A DNA stretch of 64,000 nucleotides from Candidatus Dojkabacteria bacterium (GTDB lineage: Bacteria; Patescibacteriota; Dojkabacteria; B142; WJKM01): the NCBI GenBank assembly GCA_014729085.1, contig WJKM01000004.1, positions 68,345-132,344 on the forward strand, given 5' to 3'. Positions within the stretch are counted from its first letter, which is position 1. Each line of letters starts with the position of its first letter. The notes below the pieces were generated by a model. That model did no database searches, was not told the origin of the DNA, and saw nothing but the letters and a program-made list of their open reading frames with translations. A program made the translations under genes and the position numbers. Positions 48,404 to 57,778 of the stretch are shown in pieces.

Positions 48404-49795
48404 CTATTTTTTAGTTTTCTTTGATTTTACTATCTTAATCATTTCCGTTATTGATTTTTTAAATTCGTTTTGCGAATATGTCTTATTGGCTGTATTTTCC
48501 GGGTGATGTATTGAGTGTCTTATATAAGTTGATAATGAAACTGATTCGTTACGTTTCTTTTTTTCGTTATACCAAGTTTTAGTTTTTGGTAGTTTTTTTA
48601 AGTCTGTCCTATACTTCCCTTCTATATACCCGTATAACTCATTATGAAATTCTACTGTAGGTATGTCAAACGCGTAATAATTCACTTCTCCCCAAGATGG
48701 GCTCCAAGGAAATAAATTTTCCTGTGTATCTTTGATATTCTTATACTTAATGATGCCCTTACTATCCTTTGAAAGTAAATATATTACTGTATTATCATCT
48801 TGAAGATGTTGCTTGAATAAATATGGAGAATGTGATGCCATAAAAATTTGCCCGTTTTGTTCTCCTTTTTGATCATTAAGTAGTTCTTTGAAATAATTGA
48901 GTAATTGAATTTGAGTTTGTGGATTTAAACTTTTTTCAGGTTCATCTATAGATACTATTACTCCTTCTGAAAATTCTTGATTCTGAAGAACTTGTATAGT
49001 CCTGTGTACCAAACTTTTTTCTCCTGAACTTAGATTTTCTAAACTTGAATCTTTCCCATTCTCTTCAAAATAAACTTGCCAACCATCTTTAGTTTCCCGA
49101 AGTTCTTTAAGATTCTTACCATAGGGAAGAATCTTTTCAAACGCTTTGCGTAATCTATTCCACCTTTTATCAATTACATCTTTAGGTATCTTCTTTTTAG
49201 GATGATCTATAATCCAGTTTCGAAGATCTTGATTATCGTGAAATTGTGTATTTATTAATAGTTGATGATTCCGAGCACCTAATTGACTATCATGGCTCAT
49301 AGCTGTAAAATTTTCTTTATCAAAAGAATCCTTTGTAATGCTAGAAACTTTCTTCAATCTATAATTAGGCTCTGCTCCAGAAAAAATGAATTTAAAATTC
49401 TGAACAAATTCTCCACTAATCCTTCCAAGATCAAGGTCAGTGTATTCATGAGAATTATCGTTGCTGAAAGAAATTTTTCTTCCCTCATTAGACATAATCA
49501 GCTTAATTGTTTTACCTTTAATTCCCTTATGAAACCATCCAACCGTTGTGATATTTTTCAAATTTTCGCTCTCATGCTTATTTAATTGGAATTCATACAT
49601 TCGTATTTCATCGCTAGCCGTAGGTATACCATTGTGCAAGAATCTGTCTATTATGTTTTCAAATAGATATGTCTTTCCAACACCATTATTGCCTATAAGG
49701 AGTACATTATCTGCAATTTTCCCATTAAAATTGAAATCAAGGTCCAGATCTCCAATAACGGGATTATTTTTAACTTCAATTTTTGAAATCTTCAT
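48404..49795 (-). CDS. ABC-type / AAA_15-21-like ATPase (OLD/Gabija-GajA/ABC-3C-type N-terminal ATPase), candidate defence ATPase
   Basis: Walker A is LLIGNNGVGKTY near the N-terminus. The ABC signature is LSSGEKSLVHRT. Walker B is VIVSIDEPEKSLNP. The D/H-loop region is IFMASHSPY. About 130 aa at the C-terminus are unassigned. Confidence 0.6.
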   Translation of the reverse strand: MKISKIEVKNNPVIGDLDLDFNFNGKIADNVLLIGNNGVGKTYLFENIIDRFLHNGIPTASDEIRMYEFQLNKHESENLKNITTVGWFHKGIKGKTIKLIMSNEGRKISFSNDNSHEYTDLDLGRISGEFVQNFKFIFSGAEPNYRLKKVSSITKDSFDKENFTAMSHDSQLGARNHQLLINTQFHDNQDLRNWIIDHPKKKIPKDVIDKRWNRLRKAFEKILPYGKNLKELRETKDGWQVYFEENGKDSSLENLSSGEKSLVHRTIQVLQNQEFSEGVIVSIDEPEKSLNPQTQIQLLNYFKELLNDQKGEQNGQIFMASHSPYLFKQHLQDDNTVIYLLSKDSKGIIKYKNIKDTQENLFPWSPSWGEVNYYAFDIPTVEFHNELYGYIEGKYRTDLKKLPKTKTWYNEKKKRNESVSLSTYIRHSIHHPENTANKTYSQNEFKKSITEMIKIVKSKKTKK

Positions 49796-49860
49796 TTTTT
49801 AAGTATTAAGAGTTGTTTTGATTATAACTTACCTATTTAGAGAAAAACAAAATTAAACTT

Positions 49861-50002
49861 GGCTTGAACCAGCCAGAATCACTATCATTACTGGCAGGAC
49901 GAAAGGTAATCACGGTAGGGGGTATAGGAAATTCAAATCTGACTCGAACTAATATGAATTATATTTGAAGAGGGTTTCGGCGTTTTTATGAGAAATTGGA
50001 GC
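49861..50002. repeat. block A, copy 2 (cassette leader)
   Basis: See copy 1. It abuts the tRNA-derived core at 49998-50016. Confidence 0.6.
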
Positions 50003-50170
50003 GATGGACCGGGCTCACGTGGATTTGTAGACAAATCCAGTATCAATTCAGGTAAGTTCACTTCCTCATTTCATTCGTCGTTCACTAACCCTTCATTGTC
50101 GATCCGGTTTCCGGTTCTCGCCTTTCATTTCATACCAAAAATAAAAATTCCACCTTCCGGTGGATTTTAA
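50003..50170. repeat. block B, copy 2, directly adjacent to the tRNA-Gly 3' end
   Basis: See copy 1. It is followed by aatttttggagc and then the tRNA. Confidence 0.65.
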
Positions 50171-50174
50171 TTTT

Positions 50175-50251
50175 TGGAGCGATGGACCGGGCTCGAACCG
50201 GCGACCTTCACTTTGGCAAAGTGACGTTCTAGCCAACTGAACTACCATCGC
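50175..50251 (-). tRNA. tRNA-Gly (anticodon GCC), CCA encoded
   Basis: The revcomp GCGATGGTAGTTCAGTTGGCTAGAACGTCACTTTGCCAAAGTGAAGGTCGCCGGTTCGAGCCCGGTCCATCGCTCCA folds as a cloverleaf. Acceptor GCGATGG/CCATCGC, anticodon loop TTGCCAA, T-arm GCCGG-TTCGAGC-CCGGT. Confidence 0.85.
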
Positions 50252-50378
50252 ATCAAATTGAACTCATGTATTATAGTCATTATTTTAGATTGTTTCAATA
50301 TTTTATTTTATTGTTTCAAAAACTCGTTATATTGCATAATTGTCTTAAATGAGGTTATAATAGCAATCGTAAAACTTT

Positions 50379-50455
50379 GGGTGCTTAGCTCAACTGGCTA
50401 GAGCATCTCGTTTACACCGAGAAGGTTTGGGGTTCGAGTCCCTAAGCACCCACCA
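50379..50455 (+). tRNA. tRNA-Val (anticodon TAC), CCA encoded
   Basis: GGGTGCTTAGCTCAACTGGCTAGAGCATCTCGTTTACACCGAGAAGGTTTGGGGTTCGAGTCCCTAAGCACCCACCA. Acceptor GGGTGCT/AGCACCC, anticodon loop TTTACAC. Confidence 0.85.
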
Positions 50456-50500
50456 TCAAATTCTTCAATTAGTACTTATCTTTTAACCTCGTATTTAATA

Positions 50501-51307
50501 ATGAAATCAGTAGGATTAGCCTTAAGTGCAGGTGGATCAAGAGGAATTGCCCATATTGGAGTTATTAAGTGTCTGGTTGAACATGATATCCCAATTGATA
50601 TGATCTCGGGAACTAGTGCAGGTGCACTAATAGGCGGATTGTATGCTTCAACAGGAGATATTTCAAAAGTTGAAACGATATTTAAAAATTTAAACAAAAG
50701 AGAAGTAATAAGTTTATTTACAGATCCTTCAATTAAAGCTGGATTCATTAAAGGAAATAAAACTGAGAATTTTTTGAGAAGACATTTTGAGCAAAGCGAG
50801 ATTAGCAAATTTCCAATAAAATTTCAGGCAGTAACAACAGATATTAATACTGGTAAAACAGTTAGATTTTCGAAAGGAGATGCTGTTGAGGCAATTAGAG
50901 CAAGCATTTCTGTCCCTCTTATATTTAAGCCTGTTGTGATCAATGGTAGACTCTTAGTTGATGGTGGCGTTACCGAACCAGTACCAGTTCACACATTAAC
51001 AAAAATGGGAGCGGATATTAGAATAGCAGTCAATTTAAATAATTCAAAGAGTATTGAAAAAATTGAGAAACAAGATTATAGAAAACCATCCATGCTTTCC
51101 ATTCTTCGTTCTACTATCTTATTACTCATCAATAATCTTGCGGAACAATTAGAAAAAGAAGCAGAGATTATTATCAAGCCCACTGTACCATTTGAAGGAT
51201 ATCTTCCAAATTTGGTTAAGTATATTGATAAATTTGAAGAAGTTGAGCAAGAGGGGTATAACAAAACGTTAAAACAAATTGAAAAAATTAAAAGTTTACT
51301 TAGATAA
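50501..51307 (+). CDS. patatin-like phospholipase
   Basis: Oxyanion GGSRG (LSAGGSRGIAHIGV), nucleophile elbow GTSAG, and the catalytic Asp in LLVDGGV (DGG). Confidence 0.8.
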   Translation: MKSVGLALSAGGSRGIAHIGVIKCLVEHDIPIDMISGTSAGALIGGLYASTGDISKVETIFKNLNKREVISLFTDPSIKAGFIKGNKTENFLRRHFEQSEISKFPIKFQAVTTDINTGKTVRFSKGDAVEAIRASISVPLIFKPVVINGRLLVDGGVTEPVPVHTLTKMGADIRIAVNLNNSKSIEKIEKQDYRKPSMLSILRSTILLLINNLAEQLEKEAEIIIKPTVPFEGYLPNLVKYIDKFEEVEQEGYNKTLKQIEKIKSLLR

Positions 51308-51386
51308 TTAAGTGGGACAAGAATCCAATTGTAGTAACTTTTCATGTTATACTTTTTTAAATTATTTAAGCATCTCACCATACACA

Positions 51387-52373
51387 ATGGATAAAGTACA
51401 CTTCCTCAAAAATTTCGAAGATTTGTACTCACATAGTAAAAATCTTCTAAAAAATACTTACAAGCCTCACTCTAAGATACTTGTCAAACTTCACTTTGGA
51501 GAGCCAGGAAATAAGACCGCATTTAAACCAGAAGATGTAAAACCAATTATTAAAGCTTTAAATGAATTAAAACTTGAACCAACATTAATCGATTCACCTG
51601 TTGCATATAATTCTCCGCGCGGAACTGTAGAAGGCTACGAACAGTTTGCTAAACAAAAAGGTTTTAACAAACTTGCACCATGTCTAATTTCCAATAATGG
51701 TAAAAGGGTTGAAATGAAAGACATTCCAATCGAAGTAATTAAAGAATTAATTGAAGCAGAAAATGTCTTGGTTCTATCACATGTTAAGGGACATGGTTGT
51801 GCAGGTTTTGGAGGAGCTATTAAAAATTTGGGTATGGGTGGAGTAACAAAGGAATCAAAATCCAAAATCCATGGATTATGCAAGCCCAAATTTATCAAAG
51901 AATGTCAGGGGTGTGGAACTTGTGCAAAACTTTGTCCAGCCCATGCAATAAAAATGACAGATGGAAAAGCTGAATTTGATTTGAATGCATGCTACGGCTG
52001 TTCCATTTGTGAGATTGAATGTCCCTTTAAGTGTTTAGCTCCAATTAAAGCAATATTTGATGATCTACTTGCACAAGGTGCAGCAGCTGTTATTAACAAC
52101 TTTCCAGAAAACACATTCTATATTAATGTAATTAAAAATATTACCGAAGGATGTGATTGCCAATCAAATGCTGGTCAAATTCTTTCAGATGATATCGGAG
52201 TTTTACTTAGTAAAAATCCCGTTGCTATAGACCATGCAAGTATTGATCTAATTAACAAAACGAACGAAAAGAATATATTCCTAGAGCATACACACAAAGA
52301 TCCCTTATTACATGTTGAATATGCAGCTAAATATACTAACTGGGAAGAAGATTATGAGATTGAAGAACTATAA
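51387..52373 (+). CDS. DUF362-type protein with two 4Fe-4S ferredoxin motifs
   Basis: CQGCGTCAKLCP and CYGCSICEIECP clusters. The N-terminal region is DUF362-like (..KILVKLHFGEPGN..). The start was set at the internal ATG at 51387 (MDKVHF...) rather than 51312. Confidence 0.55.
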   Translation: MDKVHFLKNFEDLYSHSKNLLKNTYKPHSKILVKLHFGEPGNKTAFKPEDVKPIIKALNELKLEPTLIDSPVAYNSPRGTVEGYEQFAKQKGFNKLAPCLISNNGKRVEMKDIPIEVIKELIEAENVLVLSHVKGHGCAGFGGAIKNLGMGGVTKESKSKIHGLCKPKFIKECQGCGTCAKLCPAHAIKMTDGKAEFDLNACYGCSICEIECPFKCLAPIKAIFDDLLAQGAAAVINNFPENTFYINVIKNITEGCDCQSNAGQILSDDIGVLLSKNPVAIDHASIDLINKTNEKNIFLEHTHKDPLLHVEYAAKYTNWEEDYEIEEL

Positions 52374-53720
52374 CTATAGTTTATTAACCTGCCCAATAAA
52401 GAAAATTTCTCCGCTTTCTGCATCCTGTATAACAAAAACAAATGGTTTATCCATAATCATATAAAATGGATCTTCTACTGTTTCTGGAACAGCCTTGAGA
52501 GCCATTTCGACACTAGTTGCAGCAGAGGCCTCAGTTCCTTTCTCATTTATCTCTATAAAAGCCTTATGTCTGACTTCACTAATATATAAATCGTTTTCTT
52601 CGCGCATTAATGAAAAATCAGCACCTGGTGTAAAAGCCACTTCCATACCCATATCCTGAAGCATATTATTCAAACTTTTTGAATAGTCCATTTTAAATCT
52701 CGGCAAAATAATTTTTCCTTTACTTTTTTCGAAAGAATCCGTAAACTCATTGAAACTTTTAATAGAGAAGGAATCGAGAAAAGCATCCATTTCGTCTTTT
52801 GGAAGAACTATAATCATTTCTACTTTTTCTGTTTCACCGTACTTAAGACTAACAACTTGAATTTCTTCATTTTCAAAATACTCAAATTCCTTTTCAAGCT
52901 GCATCATAGGAACTTGAGACTCGGAACCATCAGTATTTTTAAATGATTTATTTTCTGTTAATTCGCTATTAAATTCATACTTCCAAATCCCCTTAAAATA
53001 AACGGCATTAATTAGATACATAATTACATCTGACTCAATAGGGAATTCAACAATTTTCTGGATTTTATTATTCGTATTCTTGTCTACCCAACTATTAATT
53101 AGCTCAACTGCCTGTTCTGAATCAAAGTTAATACTTGCTACTTCAGCATCAAAATTTTCTTGGTTTACATCCAAAAATTTGTTGTTGATTTTATATCCCT
53201 CCCTAATCCAGATCGAGTTGGCAATAGAGATATCAATATCTGCTTGTTTTTGTAAATAATCAATGATTTTTTTGCTTTCCTTGTTTATTTCTTCGGACGT
53301 TAATTGGGTCATAGCCAAAACATCCAAAATGGTTTGTCTTGTCTCTCCTTGAGCTCCATTTAATGGCATAGACAGAGCTAATGAAATACTTAGGGGAGAA
53401 ACAAATATATTCTTATTCTGTGCGGAATCTGTCAATTTTTTAAACAAGTTAAAGGCAAAAGCTGAGTGTGAAGTAATCAGTAAATTTTCATCTAGCGGAG
53501 AAGGCGGTATCATTTCTTCGATATCAATTTCAGAATGAGTCTCAGTTGGCTCAACAGTAACTGTAGGCTTTCCATTTTCTATTTCTATTTGAGAAGATTT
53601 ATAGCGATTAATAAATAATAAACCTAAAAAGAGAAAAAAAAGTAAAACAACAAAGACAGCAATTGCCATTGTAGTGGAAGAATTTCCTTTAGCAGGACTT
53701 TTTTTATCAATAAATTCCAT
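52374..53720 (-). CDS. serpin-family serine protease inhibitor with N-terminal membrane anchor
   Basis: N-terminal TM (MAIAVFVVLLFFLFLGLLFI). Serpin motifs: NIFVSPLSISLALSM, NAVYFKGIWKYEF, a reactive-centre-loop hinge EKGTEASAATSVEM, and C-terminal PFVFVIQD...IFFIGQV. Confidence 0.8.
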   Translation of the reverse strand: MEFIDKKSPAKGNSSTTMAIAVFVVLLFFLFLGLLFINRYKSSQIEIENGKPTVTVEPTETHSEIDIEEMIPPSPLDENLLITSHSAFAFNLFKKLTDSAQNKNIFVSPLSISLALSMPLNGAQGETRQTILDVLAMTQLTSEEINKESKKIIDYLQKQADIDISIANSIWIREGYKINNKFLDVNQENFDAEVASINFDSEQAVELINSWVDKNTNNKIQKIVEFPIESDVIMYLINAVYFKGIWKYEFNSELTENKSFKNTDGSESQVPMMQLEKEFEYFENEEIQVVSLKYGETEKVEMIIVLPKDEMDAFLDSFSIKSFNEFTDSFEKSKGKIILPRFKMDYSKSLNNMLQDMGMEVAFTPGADFSLMREENDLYISEVRHKAFIEINEKGTEASAATSVEMALKAVPETVEDPFYMIMDKPFVFVIQDAESGEIFFIGQVNKL

Positions 53721-53885
53721 AGCAAGTTACTTAATATATACTACTTAATATAATGACTTAAAAGTTAGCTCATTTCAAGTTAATTATTATTATTCTTGCC
53801 TAAAAAATTTCAAAAGTGTAAAATCGTGAAGTATAATAAAAGTACTTAAAACGAATTTAATTGAAAAATTAATTAGCACTTTTAT

Positions 53886-53958
53886 GCCGAGATAGCTCAG
53901 TTGGTAGAGCACACGACTGAAAATCGTGGTGTCGCCGGTTCAATTCCGGCTCTCGGCA
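53886..53958 (+). tRNA. tRNA-Phe (anticodon GAA)
   Basis: GCCGAGATAGCTCAGTTGGTAGAGCACACGACTGAAAATCGTGGTGTCGCCGGTTCAATTCCGGCTCTCGGCA. Acceptor GCCGAGA/TCTCGGC, anticodon loop CTGAAAA. No encoded CCA. It is followed by a T-run. Confidence 0.85.
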
Positions 53959-54201
53959 CTTTTTTTAGATGAAAAGAATAAACTATAGATTAGTATTTTT
54001 AAAACATGCTAATCTGTCGAAAACGAGTTTTATAAATTATAGGCATGGTCTGAGCTTATAAATCATCCCCAGTTTATTTTAAAAATGAACTTTAAATAAA
54101 AAGCTACATGTAACTCTCCATTTCACTTAGATTAATTACATAAAAATATAAAAACTTACAAAATCATGCTATAATACTATCGGATATATTATAATGTACT
54201 A

Positions 54202-55035
54202 ATGAACCAAGAAACAAATTCACAAGAAAGTAAAATAAAATTCACATACGATAAAAGTGGCCTAATTGATGGAACAATAGGACGAATTGGGCAACTTCTT
54301 ACTCATTTGAAACTCGGGACACTAGATAATATGCTCGAAGACTTCCCTGAAGAAAACATTCCTAAATTAGAGGAAAGATATAAAGACTTAGAACTGGAAG
54401 GGAATATTGAAGTTTATTTGAATCACTCTCCTTTATTTAAAAATCTCAAAAGACTTTTTGAAAAGGGAAGACGAAATAATTTATTTGCAAGAGTATTATT
54501 TGGAATTCCCTACACTATTGGACAGTGGCTAGGAGGGCAAATAACAAGAGCAGATTCTTATAATCCATATACAGAAACTGCACAAGTTTATCATCCAAAC
54601 GAAACCGTAGCTATGCACGAAATAGGGCATGCAGAAGATTTTGATGCTTCGGAGCATCCAACTATAAGATCACTCATTTACAGTATTCCATTTATAAGAT
54701 CAAAACTTGAATGGAATGCCTCCAAATATGCCATGGAACATATGACTGAAGATGAAAGAAAACAAAACTCAAAAATTTTGGAACCTGCACTTGGAACATA
54801 TCTTGCATTTGATACTGCGGAAACTGCCGTTAACGCTGCATTACTTGCAGGAGCTACCATTTCATCACCTGCGATCTCATTGATACTTAATGCTGCACCC
54901 TGGGTTGGAGCTGGTTTAGGTCATCTGTATTCAAGGGTCATAAAGGATCCTGATACAAATGTTTTCATTTCAAATAGTAAACAAAGTTATTTAGATGAAC
55001 CATCTGGAAGAGAGCCTGCCTTGTCTACGATCTAA
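54202..55035 (+). CDS. putative zinc metallopeptidase-like protein (HExxH) with C-terminal hydrophobic region
   Basis: MHEIGHAEDFD motif and a C-terminal Gly/Ala-rich hydrophobic stretch. Otherwise unassigned. Confidence 0.35.
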   Translation: MNQETNSQESKIKFTYDKSGLIDGTIGRIGQLLTHLKLGTLDNMLEDFPEENIPKLEERYKDLELEGNIEVYLNHSPLFKNLKRLFEKGRRNNLFARVLFGIPYTIGQWLGGQITRADSYNPYTETAQVYHPNETVAMHEIGHAEDFDASEHPTIRSLIYSIPFIRSKLEWNASKYAMEHMTEDERKQNSKILEPALGTYLAFDTAETAVNAALLAGATISSPAISLILNAAPWVGAGLGHLYSRVIKDPDTNVFISNSKQSYLDEPSGREPALSTI

Positions 55036-55036
55036 C

Positions 55037-56404
55037 TTAAATATTATCCAGTACCATAGCTAACTGTGAACCTCCAATTAAGGTTGGGGCTTTAACAAAA
55101 AACATATGATTATCTTCAATTAACATATCAGTTACTTCTCTTGCCTTTTCCATGATTTTTTCACTCTCCCAGAAGACTTTGCCATCAATTGGGATAAGTT
55201 TTGTCCCATTCTTATAACCAGCAGCTTTGGTAACACAAGCTATAGTGGCACCAATTGATTGTCCTGCCTGTATGGTAGCTCTGTAACTGCACTCTTTAAT
55301 TACTTTATATATGTAATGAACTTCAAAACCATCTAAAAAATTATTTAAATCTAATTTTATGAATTTCTTAAATCCAATCTTATCATCTGTAAAATATGAA
55401 AAGAAATGTTCATCTGGTTGATCAATTATCCACTCAACGATACTTTTCGACATCACTTCATTATCCGAAAGCAGAGAAATGGCTGCGGCAATTCTATATC
55501 TAATATAATCCCCACCCGTCAGATGCTCAATAAACTTTTTCTTAGTATGAATTAGATCAAGATCCATCATTTTTTGATGAATAAGTTCTGCAAGACCAAA
55601 TCTTTCTGGTCTAATAAATTTACTAACCTCTAAATTCAAATCTCGTATTGCTGCATTTGAACCATTGCTAAATACGAAACCAACAGGAAGCTTTTCAATA
55701 TCTTTGTGTTCATTATCCGAGGGTAGAAAGCTAACCACACAGGAAGTATCGTTTATTATATAAACATTTTTGAAATTAAAGCTAAAACTTTTATCTAACA
55801 AGTTTTTCCTTAATAAATTTCCTATATAACTTGGATATTTATATTCACCAAAATCTATAATATTCCAAGATTTGGGTAATTTCCTCCTAAGAAAATATGC
55901 ATCAATTCCATCATCAATAAGTTTATTCTGAACTGGAAAAGCAAGTGATAACAATACCGTGATATCTTGATTCATGGATTTATCCCATACTCCATCAACA
56001 ATCTTTAAGATTCTTAGAATAAACTGACGGAAAGTGCATCTTCTTTCTTTTCTAGGCATTACATATTTTTTTTCTTTCTGGACTTCCAAAACACCGCTCT
56101 TGGTTTTACTAATTACAGAAGATTTCCAAATTGTTCCACCTAAATTACAAGCAATTATTTGCTCCCCAACAGGTACTTTCTCAAATTGCTTGGATTTTAT
56201 CTGAGGTATATCTGTCTTGATAATATCAATCTTTGAATCTTCATCTACTCCCTCTACTTTAGATCTAATTGAATTAAGAACTGCTTCGTAAAACTCAGGG
56301 GCTAATACTCTTTTGATCTCAACATCAGTAAAAGGCCGAAGACCAAAACTATCCAACATTTGCTTTACATAATTCATATAGTCTGATGAGGAATTCGTTT
56401 GCAT
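55037..56404 (-). CDS. hexokinase-family (eukaryote-type hexokinase/actin-fold) sugar kinase, paralog B
   Basis: IIACNLGGTIWKS (compare LDLGGTNFR), LSLAFPV (GFTFSFP), YIINDTSCV (NDTVGT), GFVFSNGSNAA (GTGTNACY), and C-terminal IPIDGKVFW (VAVDGSLYK). Confidence 0.5.
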   Translation of the reverse strand: MQTNSSSDYMNYVKQMLDSFGLRPFTDVEIKRVLAPEFYEAVLNSIRSKVEGVDEDSKIDIIKTDIPQIKSKQFEKVPVGEQIIACNLGGTIWKSSVISKTKSGVLEVQKEKKYVMPRKERRCTFRQFILRILKIVDGVWDKSMNQDITVLLSLAFPVQNKLIDDGIDAYFLRRKLPKSWNIIDFGEYKYPSYIGNLLRKNLLDKSFSFNFKNVYIINDTSCVVSFLPSDNEHKDIEKLPVGFVFSNGSNAAIRDLNLEVSKFIRPERFGLAELIHQKMMDLDLIHTKKKFIEHLTGGDYIRYRIAAAISLLSDNEVMSKSIVEWIIDQPDEHFFSYFTDDKIGFKKFIKLDLNNFLDGFEVHYIYKVIKECSYRATIQAGQSIGATIACVTKAAGYKNGTKLIPIDGKVFWESEKIMEKAREVTDMLIEDNHMFFVKAPTLIGGSQLAMVLDNI

Positions 56405-56416
56405 TTAAAAATACTA

Positions 56417-57778
56417 TTATTTTACATATGATTCTTGGACCATAAGAAACTGGGCTAAACCAACTACACTAGATGCCTTTATCATACTAATATTATTTTC
56501 TGGAATTAATAAATTTATTACTTTTTGTGACTGCTCCTGAATTCCATAACCTTTCCAATATACTGCTCCTTCTACCGGAACAGCAATATCTCCTGTATTG
56601 TATTCAGCTGACTTGAGGACAGATGCAATCATTACTCCAATAGTTTGCCCTGCTTGAATTAAAGCACGGGTCGAACATTCTTTTAATATTACATAAATTC
56701 GACGTGCCTCGGTTTCTTCCTCCACTAAATTAAAGTCGAGGAAATCATCATAGGACATATCACCACTTGCTAAACGACTTACAATACTTGCATCTTCTTG
56801 CTGTATCATCCATTCAGCTATTCTATTTGAAATTATCTTATCTTCGGAGAGTATCGAAAGAGCTGATGCAATTCTATATCTAATGTAGTCACCTCCATGA
56901 AAATGCTCAATAAATTTCTTCTGGGTATGTACCAAACCAAGTTCGATCATTTTTTCATCTATCCTTCTGTCCAAATCTAACTCTTGAGGCATAATAAACT
57001 TGCCGGCTTCTAAGTTCCATTGTTTCAATGCTGCATTTGATCCTGTTCCAAAAACAAATCCCACCGGGTATTCACCAAACTCATCTTTACCTGGTAGTTG
57101 TTGAGCTACCGAATTCGCATCATTGAGAAAATATACATATTTTATATTTGGAAGAGAGTAGGTTGTTAATAACTTTTCCAAAAACAATTTACCAATCAAA
57201 CTGGGAAAAGGTAGTTTATGAAAATCTCTAACAATCCATGATTTAGGCAATTTCTGTCTTAGAAAGTAAGCATCTATTCCATACTCTGTTCTTACATTTC
57301 TATGAGGAAATCCTAAAGAAATACCTACGAATTGAAATTCATCCTTATCTTCTTCTTGCAGTATATTGTAGATTTGTTCTGCCATTTTCAAGATAAAATC
57401 CTGGAATCTGATATTTCGCTGTTTACGAGGTATATATATCATATTTTCTTTGTATATCTCTGTTTTTATATCATCCGTCTTTCGTACCAAAGATGTAACC
57501 CAATTAGTTCCTCCATAAGAACACGTAATTACTTTTTTCCCAACAGGAACGTTTTGGAACTGCTCCTTTGTAATCAACTCGACATCAGTAGGAATAGCAA
57601 GTAGGCCACCGTCTTCATTAGTAGGATCTCCATGTCTATTAATACCAACGTTTATCGCATGTAAATATTTAGGGAAAATAATATCGCGAAGTTCATATTC
57701 ACTAAAAGGACGCAATCCTATTTTATCCAGATTTATATTTATTTCTTTAATGAATGAATCTAATGACTCTTCCTGCAT
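56417..57778 (-). CDS. hexokinase-family sugar kinase, paralog A
   Basis: VITCSYGGTNWVTS, GISLGFPHR, YFLNDANSVAQ, GFVFGTGSNAALK, VPVEGAVYWKG. It is about 35% identical to paralog B, with the same motifs in the same order. Confidence 0.55.
   Translation of the reverse strand: MQEESLDSFIKEININLDKIGLRPFSEYELRDIIFPKYLHAINVGINRHGDPTNEDGGLLAIPTDVELITKEQFQNVPVGKKVITCSYGGTNWVTSLVRKTDDIKTEIYKENMIYIPRKQRNIRFQDFILKMAEQIYNILQEEDKDEFQFVGISLGFPHRNVRTEYGIDAYFLRQKLPKSWIVRDFHKLPFPSLIGKLFLEKLLTTYSLPNIKYVYFLNDANSVAQQLPGKDEFGEYPVGFVFGTGSNAALKQWNLEAGKFIMPQELDLDRRIDEKMIELGLVHTQKKFIEHFHGGDYIRYRIASALSILSEDKIISNRIAEWMIQQEDASIVSRLASGDMSYDDFLDFNLVEEETEARRIYVILKECSTRALIQAGQTIGVMIASVLKSAEYNTGDIAVPVEGAVYWKGYGIQEQSQKVINLLIPENNISMIKASSVVGLAQFLMVQESYVK

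Noticed and set aside
42540-50251. CRISPR array
   Set aside because: The repeats are long (70-175 bp), few, and separated by kilobase-scale gene-containing segments. There are no short, regularly spaced repeat-spacer units and no cas genes.
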